A DNA stretch of 62,844 bases, the filler included, from Choristocarpus tenellus KU-1152 (taxonomy: Eukaryota > Protista > Phaeophyceae): NCBI GenBank assembly GCA_964200185.2. It is 11 parts of 11 records of this genome, joined end to end, with 100 filler letters (N's around TTAATTAATTAA, not from the genome) between each part and the next. Parts side by side here need not be neighbours in the genome. Positions count along the whole stretch, not along the records: positions 37,151 to 44,254 come from CAXNAD020006692.1; positions 44,355 to 47,522 come from CAXNAD020021816.1; positions 47,623 to 51,763 come from CAXNAD020016012.1; 8 more parts are not named here. One strand, written 5' to 3'. Below, piece by piece: positions 37,745 to 51,428 of the stretch. Made by a program: the position numbers and the translations under genes. Numbering within the stretch: the stretch's first letter is position 1; every line of letters begins with the position of its first letter. A model generated the notes under the pieces. That model searched no databases and was not told where the DNA came from. It saw only the letters and a program-made list of their open reading frames with translations.

Positions 37745-39582
37745 AGACACAGTGACCACCCTCACGAATGGTAAAAAAAAAATATCTCCGCGCTCCATAT
37801 GGATCCAAATGTAGATTCAGTCCAGCTGCAAGATTTTCTTTTGGTTTGTGAACATACCCTGCTCACTCATCAAGGGGTCGTGTAGCTGATGGTAGGCCTT
37901 CCACCAGCACAGTCAAAAGCATGTACCCAGCATGTTGCATGATGCCCAATTAGGCACGAAAATTATACTTGTATCATCCCACCACTTCCCCATCATGGAC
38001 ACTGAATCTCACCTGGCCATCCACCTCATTTGCCTCTGTGACAGGAGTACAAACTTATTTTCCCTAATATTTGGTCCTGTTATGCCCTTGACTGATGTGC
38101 ACCCTCCCCTCACTGCATCCACAAGACGTTGCATTTTGTTGAGCAGGGCAAGCTGTACCACATTCTTGCCCATAGGGCTACTGAGTGTGGTGTTTCCCAC
38201 TCACATCATACCAGGAGCCAGAGCTCACGGGTGCCATGGACCATGTGTGTGTGTGTGTGTGTGTATGTGTGTGTGATGGTTTAGATTCCTGTCATATCTG
38301 CAAGATGTGATATGTAGAGGGTGTGCAAATTCACGTGGTAGATAATTGGTATCCTTTGTGTAAGTGAGTAGTATGAGGAGTTGATGAGGATGTAAGTTGG
38401 GAAGGAAAGAAGGAGATACCACGACATTTCTTCCATAAAAAAAAAATGAACAAAGATTGAAAAAGGGTGGTGACTAATATTTGGAACAGAAGAATGAGAC
38501 CTTTTTTTAGTGGATGTACTATTATAGTTATAATATCGAGATATTAATTTCTGAAGACATGGAATGGTCTTATTAAACGATTTAAACAATGTATACAGTC
38601 AGAAAAATATAATATCATACAATATATAATAGCATACATATATTGAATAATATCACACTTCTTACAAATGTTCTATTCTGTGTTAAGAAATTTTACCGAG
38701 ATTCCACGTTCAAAACTCAAACCTCAGAGAACAAACTTGTATCACACATCCATATAATAGGTAAATATTGATGGATAATAATGAGGATGATGGAAACGAA
38801 AAACATTTATTTCATAATATATATGATGTTTTTCTCGTCTACGTTCTATTCTCTTCGTCCCTTTTCTTCCCTTCTTTTTTCTTCATTCTTATTCTTTCTC
38901 TTCTACTCTTTTGTTTCTTCTTTTATGGTTGTCATAAACACTACTATTATTAATAATATGTATTGGCTTGTTTGGATTTTACTTTTTTTATAACAGATAT
39001 GGGATCGATCCCTTACACTAATGTGACGTTAAATGAATGGTAAAATTATGTATGTCCGTAACACAAAAATGTGATACAGGTTGGTTTTCATATGTGTTAT
39101 ACAACCCCATTCCATCCCACTCCCGTTTGCTCCCACGTCTAATTGTGAACCCCTGCATTTTCCACAACTAATTCTTCTTTGTCCAGATCTAGTGTTCCAC
39201 TATAATGATTGAACATAAAATAGTTAATGATGTTAGTCTTCCAATTAGTATTATGGGTTTCTTTTCTGACCCGATCTCAATTTCTAAGACCTTGGAGGTT
39301 TTTGGTATGTACTGTTTTGTATTAAGCAATTTTACCGAGAAACGCGTCCTCAAAATTTTAAATAGTTGGAGTGATAGACAAGCTTGCACGTGCGCATGTT
39401 GATGGATGATGGGGAAGAAAAATATCCACCTCAACAACGATATAATATCCGGGGTAATCAATCCGTCTTCCACAGCCCCCCCCTACCCCATCCCTACTCC
39501 CACTTCCTACCAAACCAACTTGTGAAGCTCTGCATTCTCTACAACAGTTCTATACTTCGCTAGTTAGACCTAGAGTTTTAAA

Positions 39583-40956
39583 ATGTCAGCATTTGCTAAG
39601 GAAAGTATTATCCAGGTCGGCTGCGGTGTCGTTGGAGGCGCGTATGCCAAGGCTTACCTCCACCATGGCTTCCAGATCACCGGCTTCGACGTGGTGCCCC
39701 AGATCACGGAGAAGATGAACCAGGCTGGTATCACCTGCTACCACCCCGATAAATGCCCATTAGACCTCAATGCGGAGATTGTGCTCCTGTCCGTCCCCAC
39801 ACCCCTTATTAAGGAAACCCAGCGATTGGACATGAAGTACGTCTGGTCCACAGTGACACTTTGCGTTAAGCTAATCAACCAGTCTAAGGGAAAGGCACCC
39901 ATCATTGTTATCCGCTCTACGTAAGTCAATTAATATGTACACTACTGGTAGATACTCCGTTCCCGCATGTCCACTAGTGTCCGCATGTACTTCTTATGAA
40001 CTAACAGTTTTGTGGGAGTGAAATGTGCCTTATTTTAGTAGGGAACAACACCATATTGATCCGGACAACCTTAAATGTTTCTCTCCTTTTAGGGTACCTC
40101 CTGGAACAACGAAGAAGTTCGAGGAAGTTCTCAAGACGAAGACATCTAAAAAGTTCCATGTGGCATTCCAACCAGAATTTCTCCGCGCCGTTTCGTGCGA
40201 GGAGGATGCTCGTTCTCCGTGGCAGGTGGTCTTTGGCTACACTGCCGGAGAAGAGAACGTCAAGGCGCGCATGTCTAATGCCTTCCTGGAGTTCGTGGGT
40301 CGTGACGAATCCAAGTTGACAGTGCTGACCGTGGCAGAGGCAGAGTTCATGAAGCTCGTGCACAAGTGAGATATACAGAGTGGTAGTACGGAGTAGTTCC
40401 TGATTTTGCTTCGCCACTACTTGAATGAATGTTTACTCCCCCCCTTTTTCAGGGCAGATTTCTTACGAATTTGAACTTCCCGATCGCGTGTTTTGTCTTT
40501 TGGTGACTCCTCTGCTTTCTTCCGTCCTGATTTCTGTTCATCGCCATTGATATCCCGACTCCTTTGTCCCCTTTCCCTCCCACCTTTCTCTCTTGTTTTG
40601 TACACAGCTACTCAAACGGACTCAAGATCTCATTCGCCAACTGCATCTACGGCTTGGCTCACGAGCTAGACCCCTCTATCGACGCTCAGAAAGTGCTCTA
40701 CCTCGTGTCCTCCACTGCCGAGTGTTTCCTCAGCCGCAAGTACGGCATGCGCGTAGGGGCTCCTTACGGTGGAGTTTGCCTGCCCAAGGATGTTCCTGAG
40801 CTGACCAGCTTGGCCCCAGAAGGGTCTGTTTTCCAAGAATTCCTCTCTGGTACAGGGAAGATCAATGATTGGATCTCTAGTCCTGCTGCTTCTGAGCTAA
40901 GGGTGAAGCTCGATGAGAGTCCTAACTGGGTGTCACCCGATTCCCTCCTGACCTAG
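39583..40956 (+). CDS. GMD: GDP-mannose 6-dehydrogenase (UDP-glucose/GDP-mannose dehydrogenase family, short brown-algal type); exons 39583-39920, 40093-40365, 40608-40956; 319 aa
   Basis: GCGVVG, SVPTP, IRSTVPPGTT, QPEFLR, AEFMKLVHN...KISFAN and catalytic YGGVCLPKD; the exons total 960 nt with no internal stop. Confidence 0.93.
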
Positions 40957-43122
40957 ATCAGAGAATGTTTTTGATACAAATAAAGATATCCTTTGTGTAG
41001 TATGAAATAGGTGTACTCGTTGGGAACGAAGGTTGTGATGGTAGTGACGCTTTTTCTTGGTGCTTGATGGGGTGCTTGGGTGGAGTGGATCAGTTTGTGA
41101 CGAATTTGTGTGTTGAGAATGATGGCAAGCCTTGGCGGTGCCGTACATTTGCAGAGTATATTGTGAGTGATGAGAAATGAAAGAACTCTTGATGTTTTTC
41201 TGTGACAGTGAGCATGTTGAAGGGAATGGATGTTTATGTACACGCCTCTATAGCAGTATGGAGGCAGCTAAAACTGTCCTGGTAGAGGGTGGCCTTTGGG
41301 TCAACTGACTATTCAGATGTATTGAACTATTGATTATGTTGTTTTAATGAAAATTTCTGTGATATACAAACGAAAGTGTGAGGAGGTCCATGATCCAACT
41401 GAAGATATCTCGATCCATCATTCTCCAGGAGTTTTACACTGATACAGGAGATGAGAGTGAGGAGAGGTGATAACATTCGTTCAAGGCAACAAAAAAAAAC
41501 GAAAGACACCTATGGAAATCAAATGAGACCCCTATTATTACATCAAGACAAATATTCACCCGTAATCTTATCTTAGGGTAAAAAATAGTTGATTTCACTT
41601 TCAGATATTGAGGGTGGGAATGTCACACCAGCATATCAAACATATCCTTCACAATCATACGACTGGGTGTGGAGATTGAGGAATGCAGCACCTCTAATAT
41701 TGCAGGAATAACAGTCCCAACCCTCTGTGTAACCTACACAAGGATAAGAAAATTAGCTGCCTTTGAAGTGCCTTTGTGCATGATAACCGGCATCCAGCAA
41801 GTACATCCCCTTGTGAAACACAACCATCTAGATTTTGCAACACAGAAGAAAGTGTGTCTCTTGAAATTTCTATTTGAATATACCTAGCAGTTAAGAAAGC
41901 CTCTCCAATTGCAAAACCATCATTATTTACTCAACACTCACCTTGAAAAGTGTAAGATAGAGCACTCTTGTACTTACTCAGCACTATCCAACTTCCTTTA
42001 TATGTACCCAACAACGCCTCTAGTCTCCAGCATATACCACTCTTAGTTCGAACTATTGTATTACACATTTATATATCTTGGCGTTGGACAAACCTGCAGA
42101 ATACTTTCATTCCTAACTTAAAAGAGCAACTGATTCGATCCAATACATCAACTACACCAGCAACATGAATGCAGAAGCAGTCTTGGGGTTCGACAGAGGC
42201 AGGGAGCCACATTCAGCGCACTTACATCCTTTTTTACACTCATAATTTAATAACAATAATATCTAAGAAGAAAATAATATTATGGGACATAGTTGCTGTT
42301 GTCTGGTTGAATAGATGTTACCCAGGATTTAAAAAAAAGAAGTGTTTTGTTCTGTGTTGGACGAAAAAAGTCAAATTGTCGGAGGTGTACGACTCTCACG
42401 CATTTACCCAGAATGGTAGAAGTACTTGATTATTTCATCATTATGCCCTCTGACTTTTTGCAGATGCGTGTTACTCATGCACCCCAGGGTGAGGAGCTAG
42501 GGAAGCACCCCAAGAATCTAACAAGCCCCTCCTTGCCCATCTCCCTGGTGTCTCCAGTTTAAAACGCACGACACGTCTAGATAGGGATACTTGGGTTGTG
42601 GCTGAGACTATCTGGCGTAGAAGGGATTTGACAGTCCCTTTTTCTCCTGTAGCCTCCTGTCCCTCTCCCCCCAACCTCGTGTGTACCTACTCATCCAGAA
42701 AAATTTCCGCTTGCTTAGCAAGGTGCCCAAAACTTTCCACAGTGAAGGTGTCGAGGTTATACCTACTTGATCAAAAATCGCCAGCAAATTTTTAATAGTG
42801 TTACCGTACCATACGGTACCGTACGGTATGGTCGACCATACTGAAACCCTATTTTTTTTATCGAACAGTGGCACTGCACTTAAAATTAAAAAAAAATGAG
42901 TTCAAGAAAGATCCTCAATAATATAAAATCCAAATTGATGATAAAATATTTTCAGGCGGTTACCCATATTTCAGAAGCTGTAATTGGATACTCCACAGAA
43001 AAAAATAAGTTTAAGCCCTGTGCTCCAGCTTCTCCCGACTATCGAGAAAGTTACATGCCACTACCTTTGCACCAAAAAGGAGGCTCAACGTCTCTCTACT
43101 CCTTTTAAAGTCAAAATAAACA

Positions 43123-43365
43123 AGAGGTAATTAGAGTTGCATTTTAGGGATGTCGGCAAATATGACCGAAATTCGACTTTAAAATAAAAAATAACTGCGA
43201 ACAGTATACTTTCGGAACAATTTCGAAAAGTTTTTTTAAAACAAAGGGAAATCGACCATCTCAAGTCAAACTCGGCACTTCGTACATAGAAGATACTGGT
43301 GAATCGCAAAAGATCGAAAAACTGGCTCAAAAAATGCAAAACGGTCAAAACTTGAGGGTACCTCT
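43123..43365. mobile_element. Diverged relative of the 6550-6779 TIR element
   Basis: AGAGGTAATTAGAGTTGCA...CAAGTCAAACT...CATAGAAG...GGGTACCTCT. Confidence 0.6.
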
Positions 43366-44354
43366 CCCCTTCAGATTTTTTTTTTAAGTGAGCCCACGCA
43401 GAGACCCAGCATGATGGCTTTGCATAGCTTCACTTTGCTAGGAAAGTCATTTACGTCAAGTTAAAAACTGCAAATGTACTTACGTATACCTCACACACAC
43501 CCACACGCATTTTGAGTGGTAAAAGTTGTGCCTACCAAAAGTTCATTGCACATAATTATTCCACTAGTGTATTCATTGCTCTCAATGGAGGGGGATTCCT
43601 ACTGCCACGCCACACTATGCACTAAAAAACCCTACACACACAAACACACAAATAATACGCACTCTTAAAATCAAAGTAATAAAAACTCTTAGAATCACAG
43701 TACCACTCTCCCCACCTCCTAAAAAATAGGAGGCGTTTTCCACGTCAAATTAATAAAAAGTAACACACAGCAGAGTACGAACATATGATGAGTGCAACAA
43801 AAACTTGACGTGTCATCAGCGCACCCATGAAACAAAATGAACAAGAAAGCCTCTTCAATCCTCTTATCACGCAGCCCTCCCCCCCCCCCCCCCCCCAAGT
43901 ACAAAATAAAAAATTAAAAGTGCATCTTGGACGCTAAAAAACAAAAATTGCATTCCCTTTCCCGCCAATAATGTAACGCACGAGATATAACCATAGCTAC
44001 CCTAACCCTATCTCCACTCGTCTCTACTCCACTGTTGCATTGGTGGAACTGATTAAGAGGGTCCCTCGTCTAAAGAACAACAGGGGTTAGTGTGCAGGTA
44101 GATAAGGCAATCAATGACATCGGTCCAAGCCAAACCACATCAACAGAAAAAAATATAAACGAAGGGGGGGGGGGGGGGGTTGGCAAGGCTGTCCTGTCAA
44201 TATGCCGGACAAGGGGAGGCAAAAACAGGGGATCTAGAAGGCAATGCGACAACANNNNNNNNNNNNNNNNNNNNNNNNNNNNNNNNNNNNNNNNNNNNTT
44301 AATTAATTAANNNNNNNNNNNNNNNNNNNNNNNNNNNNNNNNNNNNNNNNNNNN

Positions 44355-45219
44355 CCCCCCTCCCAGATACTTTGGGTCTTTTGCCCTGTTTGTCCCTTCA
44401 GGGCTTGACTTCCCAAGGGATTCAAAGTAATTTAGAGGGTAGAGCCGCGTCCATTTGGGGGCCAAAATCCAATGTTGCGATTTGTGGATGTAATTTTGGC
44501 TGTTGTTGTGCTTGTTAGGAAGCGTCAATATTATGCAAAAGAGAGCTATACTAATAGAGTCCTTGCTTTACGTGGTATGGATGTATTTCTTAGCGGAATG
44601 AACATATCCCTCGAGGTGGGGGGGTGCTCTGCCTCGATATATATTGCCCTTGATGGGAGGTGCTCTCCCTCATTTACTATTGCGCACGTCAGCAGACACG
44701 TCGGAATGTGTCTTTGTCAGTCGCACTACGTCGGCCACTTATATTTAGTAGAAGGAAGAAATAGATTCATCGAGACTCGAACCTGGCACTCTAAGTGCAT
44801 GGAATGAACTCATTGACACTTACTCTGTTGCCTGGTAGTGGTGGCTAAACAGATATACACGATATAGACTACTTAGCATATATTGCAAAAATATCCATGT
44901 TCAGCACGTACCTTTTCATGATGTATACATTTTGGAGTACGAAAATGTCATAAAAGAACCCACGGGAAGGCAAGTCCCAAATGGACAAACAGGGCAAAAC
45001 TCGTACCCTCTAAGATACTTTCACTCAATGTTTTACGCCCTTTTTCGGTTTTCTGTGTGAACACAGTTACCTAAAATATGTATGACTATTGAAGGTGTGT
45101 CCGGAGCAAGGATATTGACACCTTGCTAACAAACACGATAGTCAAAATGAATCAAAATCACAACATTGGATTTAGGACCCTGAACGGACGTGACCCTACC
45201 CTCTTGAATGCTTTGGGTC
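44355..45219. mobile_element. Nested stack: G-run-type end (44355-44378), subfamily B (44379-44418 + 45027-45219), subfamily A (44419-45026, minus) and an unrelated insert (44532-44889)
   Basis: Each host resumes at the consensus position after the insert; AATAT is duplicated around the innermost insert. Confidence 0.88.
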
Positions 45220-46481
45220 TGAACTATATACTGTATATTTTCTGGTAATATGAAGCAGAATGGGAAATATATCGTTGCATTCCCCTAAGTGCCTTTGACT
45301 GTGTCTCCTATCTGGAGAGACTTTCTTTATTAACCTGGCAAGTGAAATGTGTACATCGTTGCAAGACCTTCACATATTGTGAATCTAGTTCTTGACTAAC
45401 CCGTTACACCATTTTCGACTGATCAAGATTATTTGTAGCTGCAAACAAGCAAGAAAGAAGCAGCTTTGGAATACCCACCCCATCCCCCACCCCACACACT
45501 TACAGTCCGATCCATATTATCTGGTCATGGCAAGATTGGGGTGTAGGGGAGATGCGTGGGTACTGTTTGTATCTTTATGGATGCTACTGGCTCAATGTGA
45601 AGTAGAAACTGTGTTGTTCAATTTTGTAATAGTGATGTACACCTTCTCAATATTGTTTTATATACCCCAGCAAGACATCCATTCCTCCCCCCCCTCCCCC
45701 AACGAATTCCAGAATTTCTAATGACTACTGGTGTACGCACGCATACACTCACGCCTCTTTGGTCTCCTACAGGACAATATCAATCTTTGCTCCAGCTTAG
45801 TTTCTGAAAGTGTGGGCGCATTAATGACTGGAATGGAAGAAAAGAACATTAACTCCAAAATGTGGAAGGAGCATCTGGAGATCATATCGTGAGTGTGTGT
45901 TTTCGGGGCAGTGGGGAAGGAGGGGACGCATGAGGGGATGGGAGTAGGGGTCAAAATATTGAGATGGCACAATCCCACCAGAGCAGACAGCCACACGATT
46001 ATCTACCCTGGTAGAACAGTGGGTCTCAACATCTGACGGAATTGAGACTGGGGTACTATCCAGCGTAATCTACGAGCCATCAACCCAGTAGTGAAGTACT
46101 CTCTCTGAACGATCCCTCTCAATCTTTGCATTGCCCTTTTAGCCTGTACCCCAGACCCTCGTGGTGAACACAATATTTGTCTCGTTTCTTGGGTGTGGGA
46201 AAGATACTTGCATATGTAGGGCCCCGTACTTGGAATATGTGAATATTGTCCGTCTCTTTGGCCTTTTTTACCCTCCCTGCCACCAAGGCCCCAGCCGCAG
46301 TTACTGGTGTATCTCTTTTCCACTTATTCTTTGTGGTCTTAGTTAGACTGCACACTTCTCACACAAAAACCTCTCCAGCTCCAAGCTTGCCTCCCTGTAA
46401 AGGGCTACATGTGAGAAGTACAGTATCAAGACCCTGAAGAATGAGAGAAAAAGAGATACACTGGTAACTAGGGCTGGGTCA

Positions 46482-46659
46482 GTCTCAAAGTATCTGGGGG
46501 GGGTGGCAGTTGTCCATTCGGGACCCAATTTTCGATGTTGCTATTCTTGGGTGATTTGGTTGCATTCGTCAGATAGATGAAGTAAGTGCACTTTTCCTGG
46601 TCAGGACCTGAATGGACACACTGGTGTAGACCCCCTCTCCACCCCAGATACTTTGAGCC
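46482..46659 (+). mobile_element. MITE subfamily C, full length, TSD TCA
   Basis: GTCTCAAAGTATCTGGGGG...CCCCAGATACTTTGAGCC. Confidence 0.92.
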
Positions 46660-46974
46660 TCATTGGTGGCAAGAAGGGTAAAAGAGCCAAGTACAAGGGC
46701 ACAATCGTGTTTGAAGTGTGGGGGCACACATATGCAATCGTCTTGCCCATGCCTGATGAATCAAGTTGAAAAATATTCTTCTCAAGTGCTTCAACATTGT
46801 TAAACCAATCCAAAAGTGTGCTTACTTCCAAGTGTATGGAGAGTTTGGGTTAAGGTTTCAATATGAAACACAGGATTGAGACATTTTCTGGGGGAGTGTA
46901 CAATGGTGAGGCGATGACCCACAGATTTTGCTGGTTAGGAGCCTGGCCTCTCAATTTCTACACGATCAATTATG

Positions 46975-47050
46975 GTGGAACAATGGTATCTCACCATTTG
47001 ACAAAATCAGAGGCTGTGTGTCATAGGTTCAAATCCAGATTGGACTGCTT
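46975..47050 (+). repeat. tRNA-like dispersed repeat (possible SINE head); second copy about 50915-50985
   Basis: Shared TATCTCA.CATTTGA.AA.TCAGAG...AGG.TT.AAATCC.GA.TGGACTGCT; B-box-like GGTTCAAATCC. Confidence 0.45.
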
Positions 47051-47444
47051 TCTCAACTCAATATGGCAGGACAATTAGAAAAGATTGTGAAGAGAGGTTC
47101 TGGGATACAGGCTCAGCGAGAGACGTGAAGATTAAAACAAAATACTTATTGGGAGAGTGTGACTAGTCGGGTGATGGACCATGAGGTGTGCCAGGTAGGA
47201 TCTCATCATCTGATTTTGCCAAATGTCGGTACCATAGACGTGTAACTGTATGCCCTGGTGAAGCAGTGATATCTCAATATTTGATAATCTTTTTTCGATT
47301 TAATTGTTTGTAGAATTGAGAGGGATTATTGATTTGATGTGGATATTGTGGATTAGTCGCTTATGATGATAGATGTGGCGCTCTTCAATCGTGGGAGATG
47401 GGTAAGAATGAAAACTGCAATAAATGTGCTTTTTATGAAGTTGA

Positions 47445-47522
47445 GATCCAAAGTATATGGGAGGGGGTGGCGGCTGTCCATTTGGGGTCAATTTTTTCAT
47501 GTAGCGATTTTTGTGTGGTTGG
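47445..47522 (+). mobile_element. MITE subfamily C, partial (contig end)
   Basis: GATCCAAAGTATATGGGAGGGGGTGGCGGCTGTCCATTTGGGG. Confidence 0.85.
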
Positions 47523-48195
47523 NNNNNNNNNNNNNNNNNNNNNNNNNNNNNNNNNNNNNNNNNNNNTTAATTAATTAANNNNNNNNNNNNNNNNNNNNNN
47601 NNNNNNNNNNNNNNNNNNNNNNCCCCCCCAGATACTTTGACTCAGCAGGTGGAGTTAGGTTTGAGTTAAGTGGAACACATTCAAGTCTCTTTCATTTAAT
47701 AGTTGAACCTCACCAACCTGTAACTTAGTGTACTTGATTACCTCTACTTACTTGTGTATAACTTCCCAAATAGTATTTCCAGGACCCAGGTCGAGCAACC
47801 TTGCATAGGCTACACCCTATTTTGTAATAATGACTGAGTAGCATAATGTCTGTTAAGCTATCCTTGACGATCTATTGTCCCACACAACCAGTTATATTAT
47901 TGTTTATTAGCTTGTATCACAGTTGAGAAGAGATTGAGATACCTTCACTTTGTGGGGCTCACCAATCCTTACATTGGATGACTCAGAATAAAAATGACTC
48001 AACAGTTCTCTAGTACACGTCAGAAACACTCCAACTCTAACAGTCCGCCAATTACTTCTGGTCAAATACCCTAACCCTAAATATCCCGAATGTCCCGCTT
48101 TATCATCTGTGCGTACATAAAATGATGCTTCAAATCATATTTTCACAAATGGTCAAGCATAATCTTGACAATGTCCAACAGTCACACTTTACAAC

Positions 48196-48232
<37 letters not shown>

Positions 48233-48301
48233 CGAACTAAGTACCTACCTATTCCCCTATTTTGGGTGTTCACATCCTTCTTTTTGGTGTCGTTTCAATA
48301 G

Positions 48302-51300
48302 ACCTTTGTCCAAACCTCTGCTCTGGGCATGGGATGTGCGCCTCTATGCATGACCTTGCTCTGACACCGGAGAGCCTACCACTGGTGGACAACCTCACAA
48401 CATATGGCGCGATGGGAGCTGAAGTGGTAAGTGCGTCCAATGTATTTAGAAAAATAAAGAAGAGTTGATACTTGAGGGGCACTTTTTTTTTGCAGATCAA
48501 ATGATATTTTGATGTAGAGCTTGATAACCCTTTGCATCTCTCCATGGTGCTGTTGATCATAATCTGTGACTTCCTTAGTGTTGCGGTGGTAGTATTGATA
48601 TTAATGTTATCGTATCATAATTGTCGGTCAGGACCTCTTATATTCTACTCGTGGTCTCAAATGTACAGCTAAACAGGAACTGCATCAGCTCCAGTGCATA
48701 TCTTGCTACTCATATATGGCCTATGGTATCCTAGCGGGGGGGTAAGGCGTCCATTCGGGTCTTTGTTACTCCGTAGTGATTTTCTTGTCACTTGAGTTAA
48801 CATGTCAGATGTATGGTCAATTTCCTTCCATCTAGGCGCATCTTCCTTTTCCGTCCCCCTCCCTGGACCAAATCCAAAGTAATCACCCCAAAATGGTCAT
48901 CAAACTGGCGTAGTTTTAGAACACCCCTTCAAGTCCCAAACAGACAACCTGGCCTAACCCCCCCCCCCCCCCTAGGATACCATGAGCCCATTGGACTTAT
49001 CAGCCATTCCGCCTCTGGTCGACTACCTACCCCTTCCTCTCAAATATTTTACACATTAATCCACCATTTTCCCTTCACAAAAGAAGCAACTACCACCATA
49101 TCGCCCCACTGTTTAGATTAAATGAGGGCTTGTAAAGGCACACAAACCCTCATCAGGATCGATGTGAAAGATATCAGAACTTGTTTGGAGTATTTGGTAA
49201 AGACTCACAGAAGAATCGCCCTGGGGCATAGGGAAATAGGCCGTGGTAATACATCCCTAGAATTAAGACTGCAGTGGCAACCAAACTGTCAGTAGAAATG
49301 AAAATCGAGGAAAGGACACTATGTTTTTTCTTAAATATCTGTGAGATCTTGTGAAATATTAGGGCAATAAGTGATAATGATAAGGACAAGACAGTGCACA
49401 AGAGGTATCCTTACAAAACTTGTGTAACTGAGGGTTTGGCGATTAAAATGCTATGTAATATGAGCAACATTTGTACTGGCCGATTGTGCAAGATCGTTGT
49501 CCAGGCGTTTCGGTGAGTGTTTTTCACGGAATGCGTTGGGCGGTTTCTGTGTATCATAGTAGCTGCAGTACAAGATAGAGTTAAATATGTGGACCAGACG
49601 ATCACTGCACAACACCTGAGAAGGTGAGGACCGACTCAAAGCATTTAAGAGGGCAGGGCTGCGTCCGTTTGGGGTCATAAATCCAATGCTTCGATTTTGG
49701 TTAATTTTGGTTATGGTGTATGTTCGCAAGTGTCGATATCTTTGCTCCAGACACAACTTTCATAATCATATACATTTTAGATAACTGTGTTCACGCAGAA
49801 AACCGAAAAAAGGGAATAAAAAACCCGCGGAAAGCCAAGCCCTAGACTGACGACCAGGGCAAAACTCCTGCCCTCTTGAGTAATTTGGGCTGATATCCGT
49901 TGTATGAATACTGTTTAAGATTAACTCATGCAATGAAGGGGCGGATCAGCCATCTGCCACCTCCAACATGAGATGCCATCACTACAGTGGACTGACCGTT
50001 GTGCTTTTACTTTCTCTTTCATCACCGACCAATTAGGCTTTGACATTGAGATGGCAGCTGTCTTGGGAGCCTGAAACAACCATCTCCTCCCAAATTCTGC
50101 TACCAATCGATTGTGCATAAAAAATGTAGCGCCGTCAGAACTTAAATTTTCTCCTCTTCCTCCCTTTACCCTCCTCTGCCCCTCTATAATTTAGCCATGG
50201 GATGCAGAAGCAATGCATACCTGCGTTTGTGACTCATCATGGACTGTTGGACTAGGATCAGGCCAGAGGCAGCAACCAGAATACTTTGGTCCAGACTGTT
50301 CCCAAAGTGAGAGAGTGTACAAATTTTAGGGTTTGCTACTTGCCCTGGTGCAAGGATGGAGGCGTAATCGAGCCTAGATTGATGGGTGGGGGACCTTGGT
50401 AGAAAATAACATACTTTGGGTTATATTTGCCAAAAATGTAACATGTCAAAAAATTGCCACAAAGCACAAACAAGATGCTTTTGCCGAGTCAAAGTGTCTT
50501 AGAGGGTAGGGCCGTGTCCATTTGGGGGCCAAAATCCAATGTTGCGATTTCCATGTAATTTTATCTGTCGTATTTGTTAGGAAGTGTCAATATCCTTGTT
50601 CCGGACACACCATTTCATAACATATACGTATTACCTACTCCGAAACATTTTGGAGTAGGCAATATATCATAAAAACCCCATGGGAAGCCTAGCCCCAAAT
50701 AAACAAACAGGGCAAAACTCGTACCCTCTAAGATACTTTCACTTTGCCCTTCATTGTCCCATTCCACCTCTGTTGAGGCATTCCTCCTCAAAGGGGAAAA
50801 TTGTTGGTTATGGTCACTATGAATATGAAGCAGTTGTGTGACAAGGTGGGTGTGATGCGGGGCAGATAGACCTGTTGTTGGAGCTTGTTTTGCGATTTGT
50901 TTGATCTTTATTACTTGGAGTTTATCTCAACATTTGATAAAGTCAGAGCCCACAGATTGTAGGATTAAATCCCGACTGGACTGCTCTAGCGATAGTGACT
51001 CCCTAAAGAGGGAAATGTAGCATTAGATTGTGAGGGGGGGGTCCTGATAATGAACTGAATGGGAACTAGTAGGATTAGGTGTTTGCTTGGGGAAAGCACG
51101 ACGAATAGGGTAATGAGATATTTGAAAGCAAGTGTCTGGTAAAGGAACTACCCTCTGCATTGATAGGCACCTATCATGGTCCCCATTGATGGGTTTTTCC
51201 TGTGGTCAAAAGCCACCAATTTTGCAGTTACACTCTGAAAATGAATTCTACTATGCCATACTACGTTTGAATTGCATCCTGTCACTTTGTGGCAATGCTG

Positions 51301-51428
51301 AGGCCTTGCTTACCCCTGTTCAATCCTCTTGTTCAGGACGCTGTCCCACAGGGGATGACCCACAGACATCAGCTGATGAGACGGACTGTTCAGGAGTGCT
51401 TGCGGCAGGTGGACATGGGACAGGCCAG
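48302..51428 (+). CDS. EGF/tenascin-like Cys-rich protein (mastigoneme/SIG-like), internal exons 48302-48426, 50195-50306, 51337-51428
   Basis: LCPNLCSGHGMC...|PWDAEAMHTCVCDSSW...PEYFGPDCSQ|RRCPTGDDPQT...ETDC; phases consistent. Confidence 0.85.
48718..48988. mobile_element. MITE subfamily E
   Basis: GGCCTATGGTATCCTAGCGGGGGG...GTCCATTCGGG...CCCCCCTAGGATACCATGAGCC. Confidence 0.8.
49633..49891 (-). mobile_element. MITE subfamily B, full length
   Basis: GACTCAAAGCATTTAAGAGGG...ATAACTGTGTTCACGCAGAAAACCGAAAA... Confidence 0.88.
50486..50744 (-). mobile_element. MITE subfamily A, full length, TSD TGCC
   Basis: Both TIRs and hairpin. Confidence 0.95.

Noticed and set aside
45720-46831. Minus-strand fragments including DSSGMGKT (Walker A-like)
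   Set aside because: Could not be joined into a consistent frame; stops in candidate exons.
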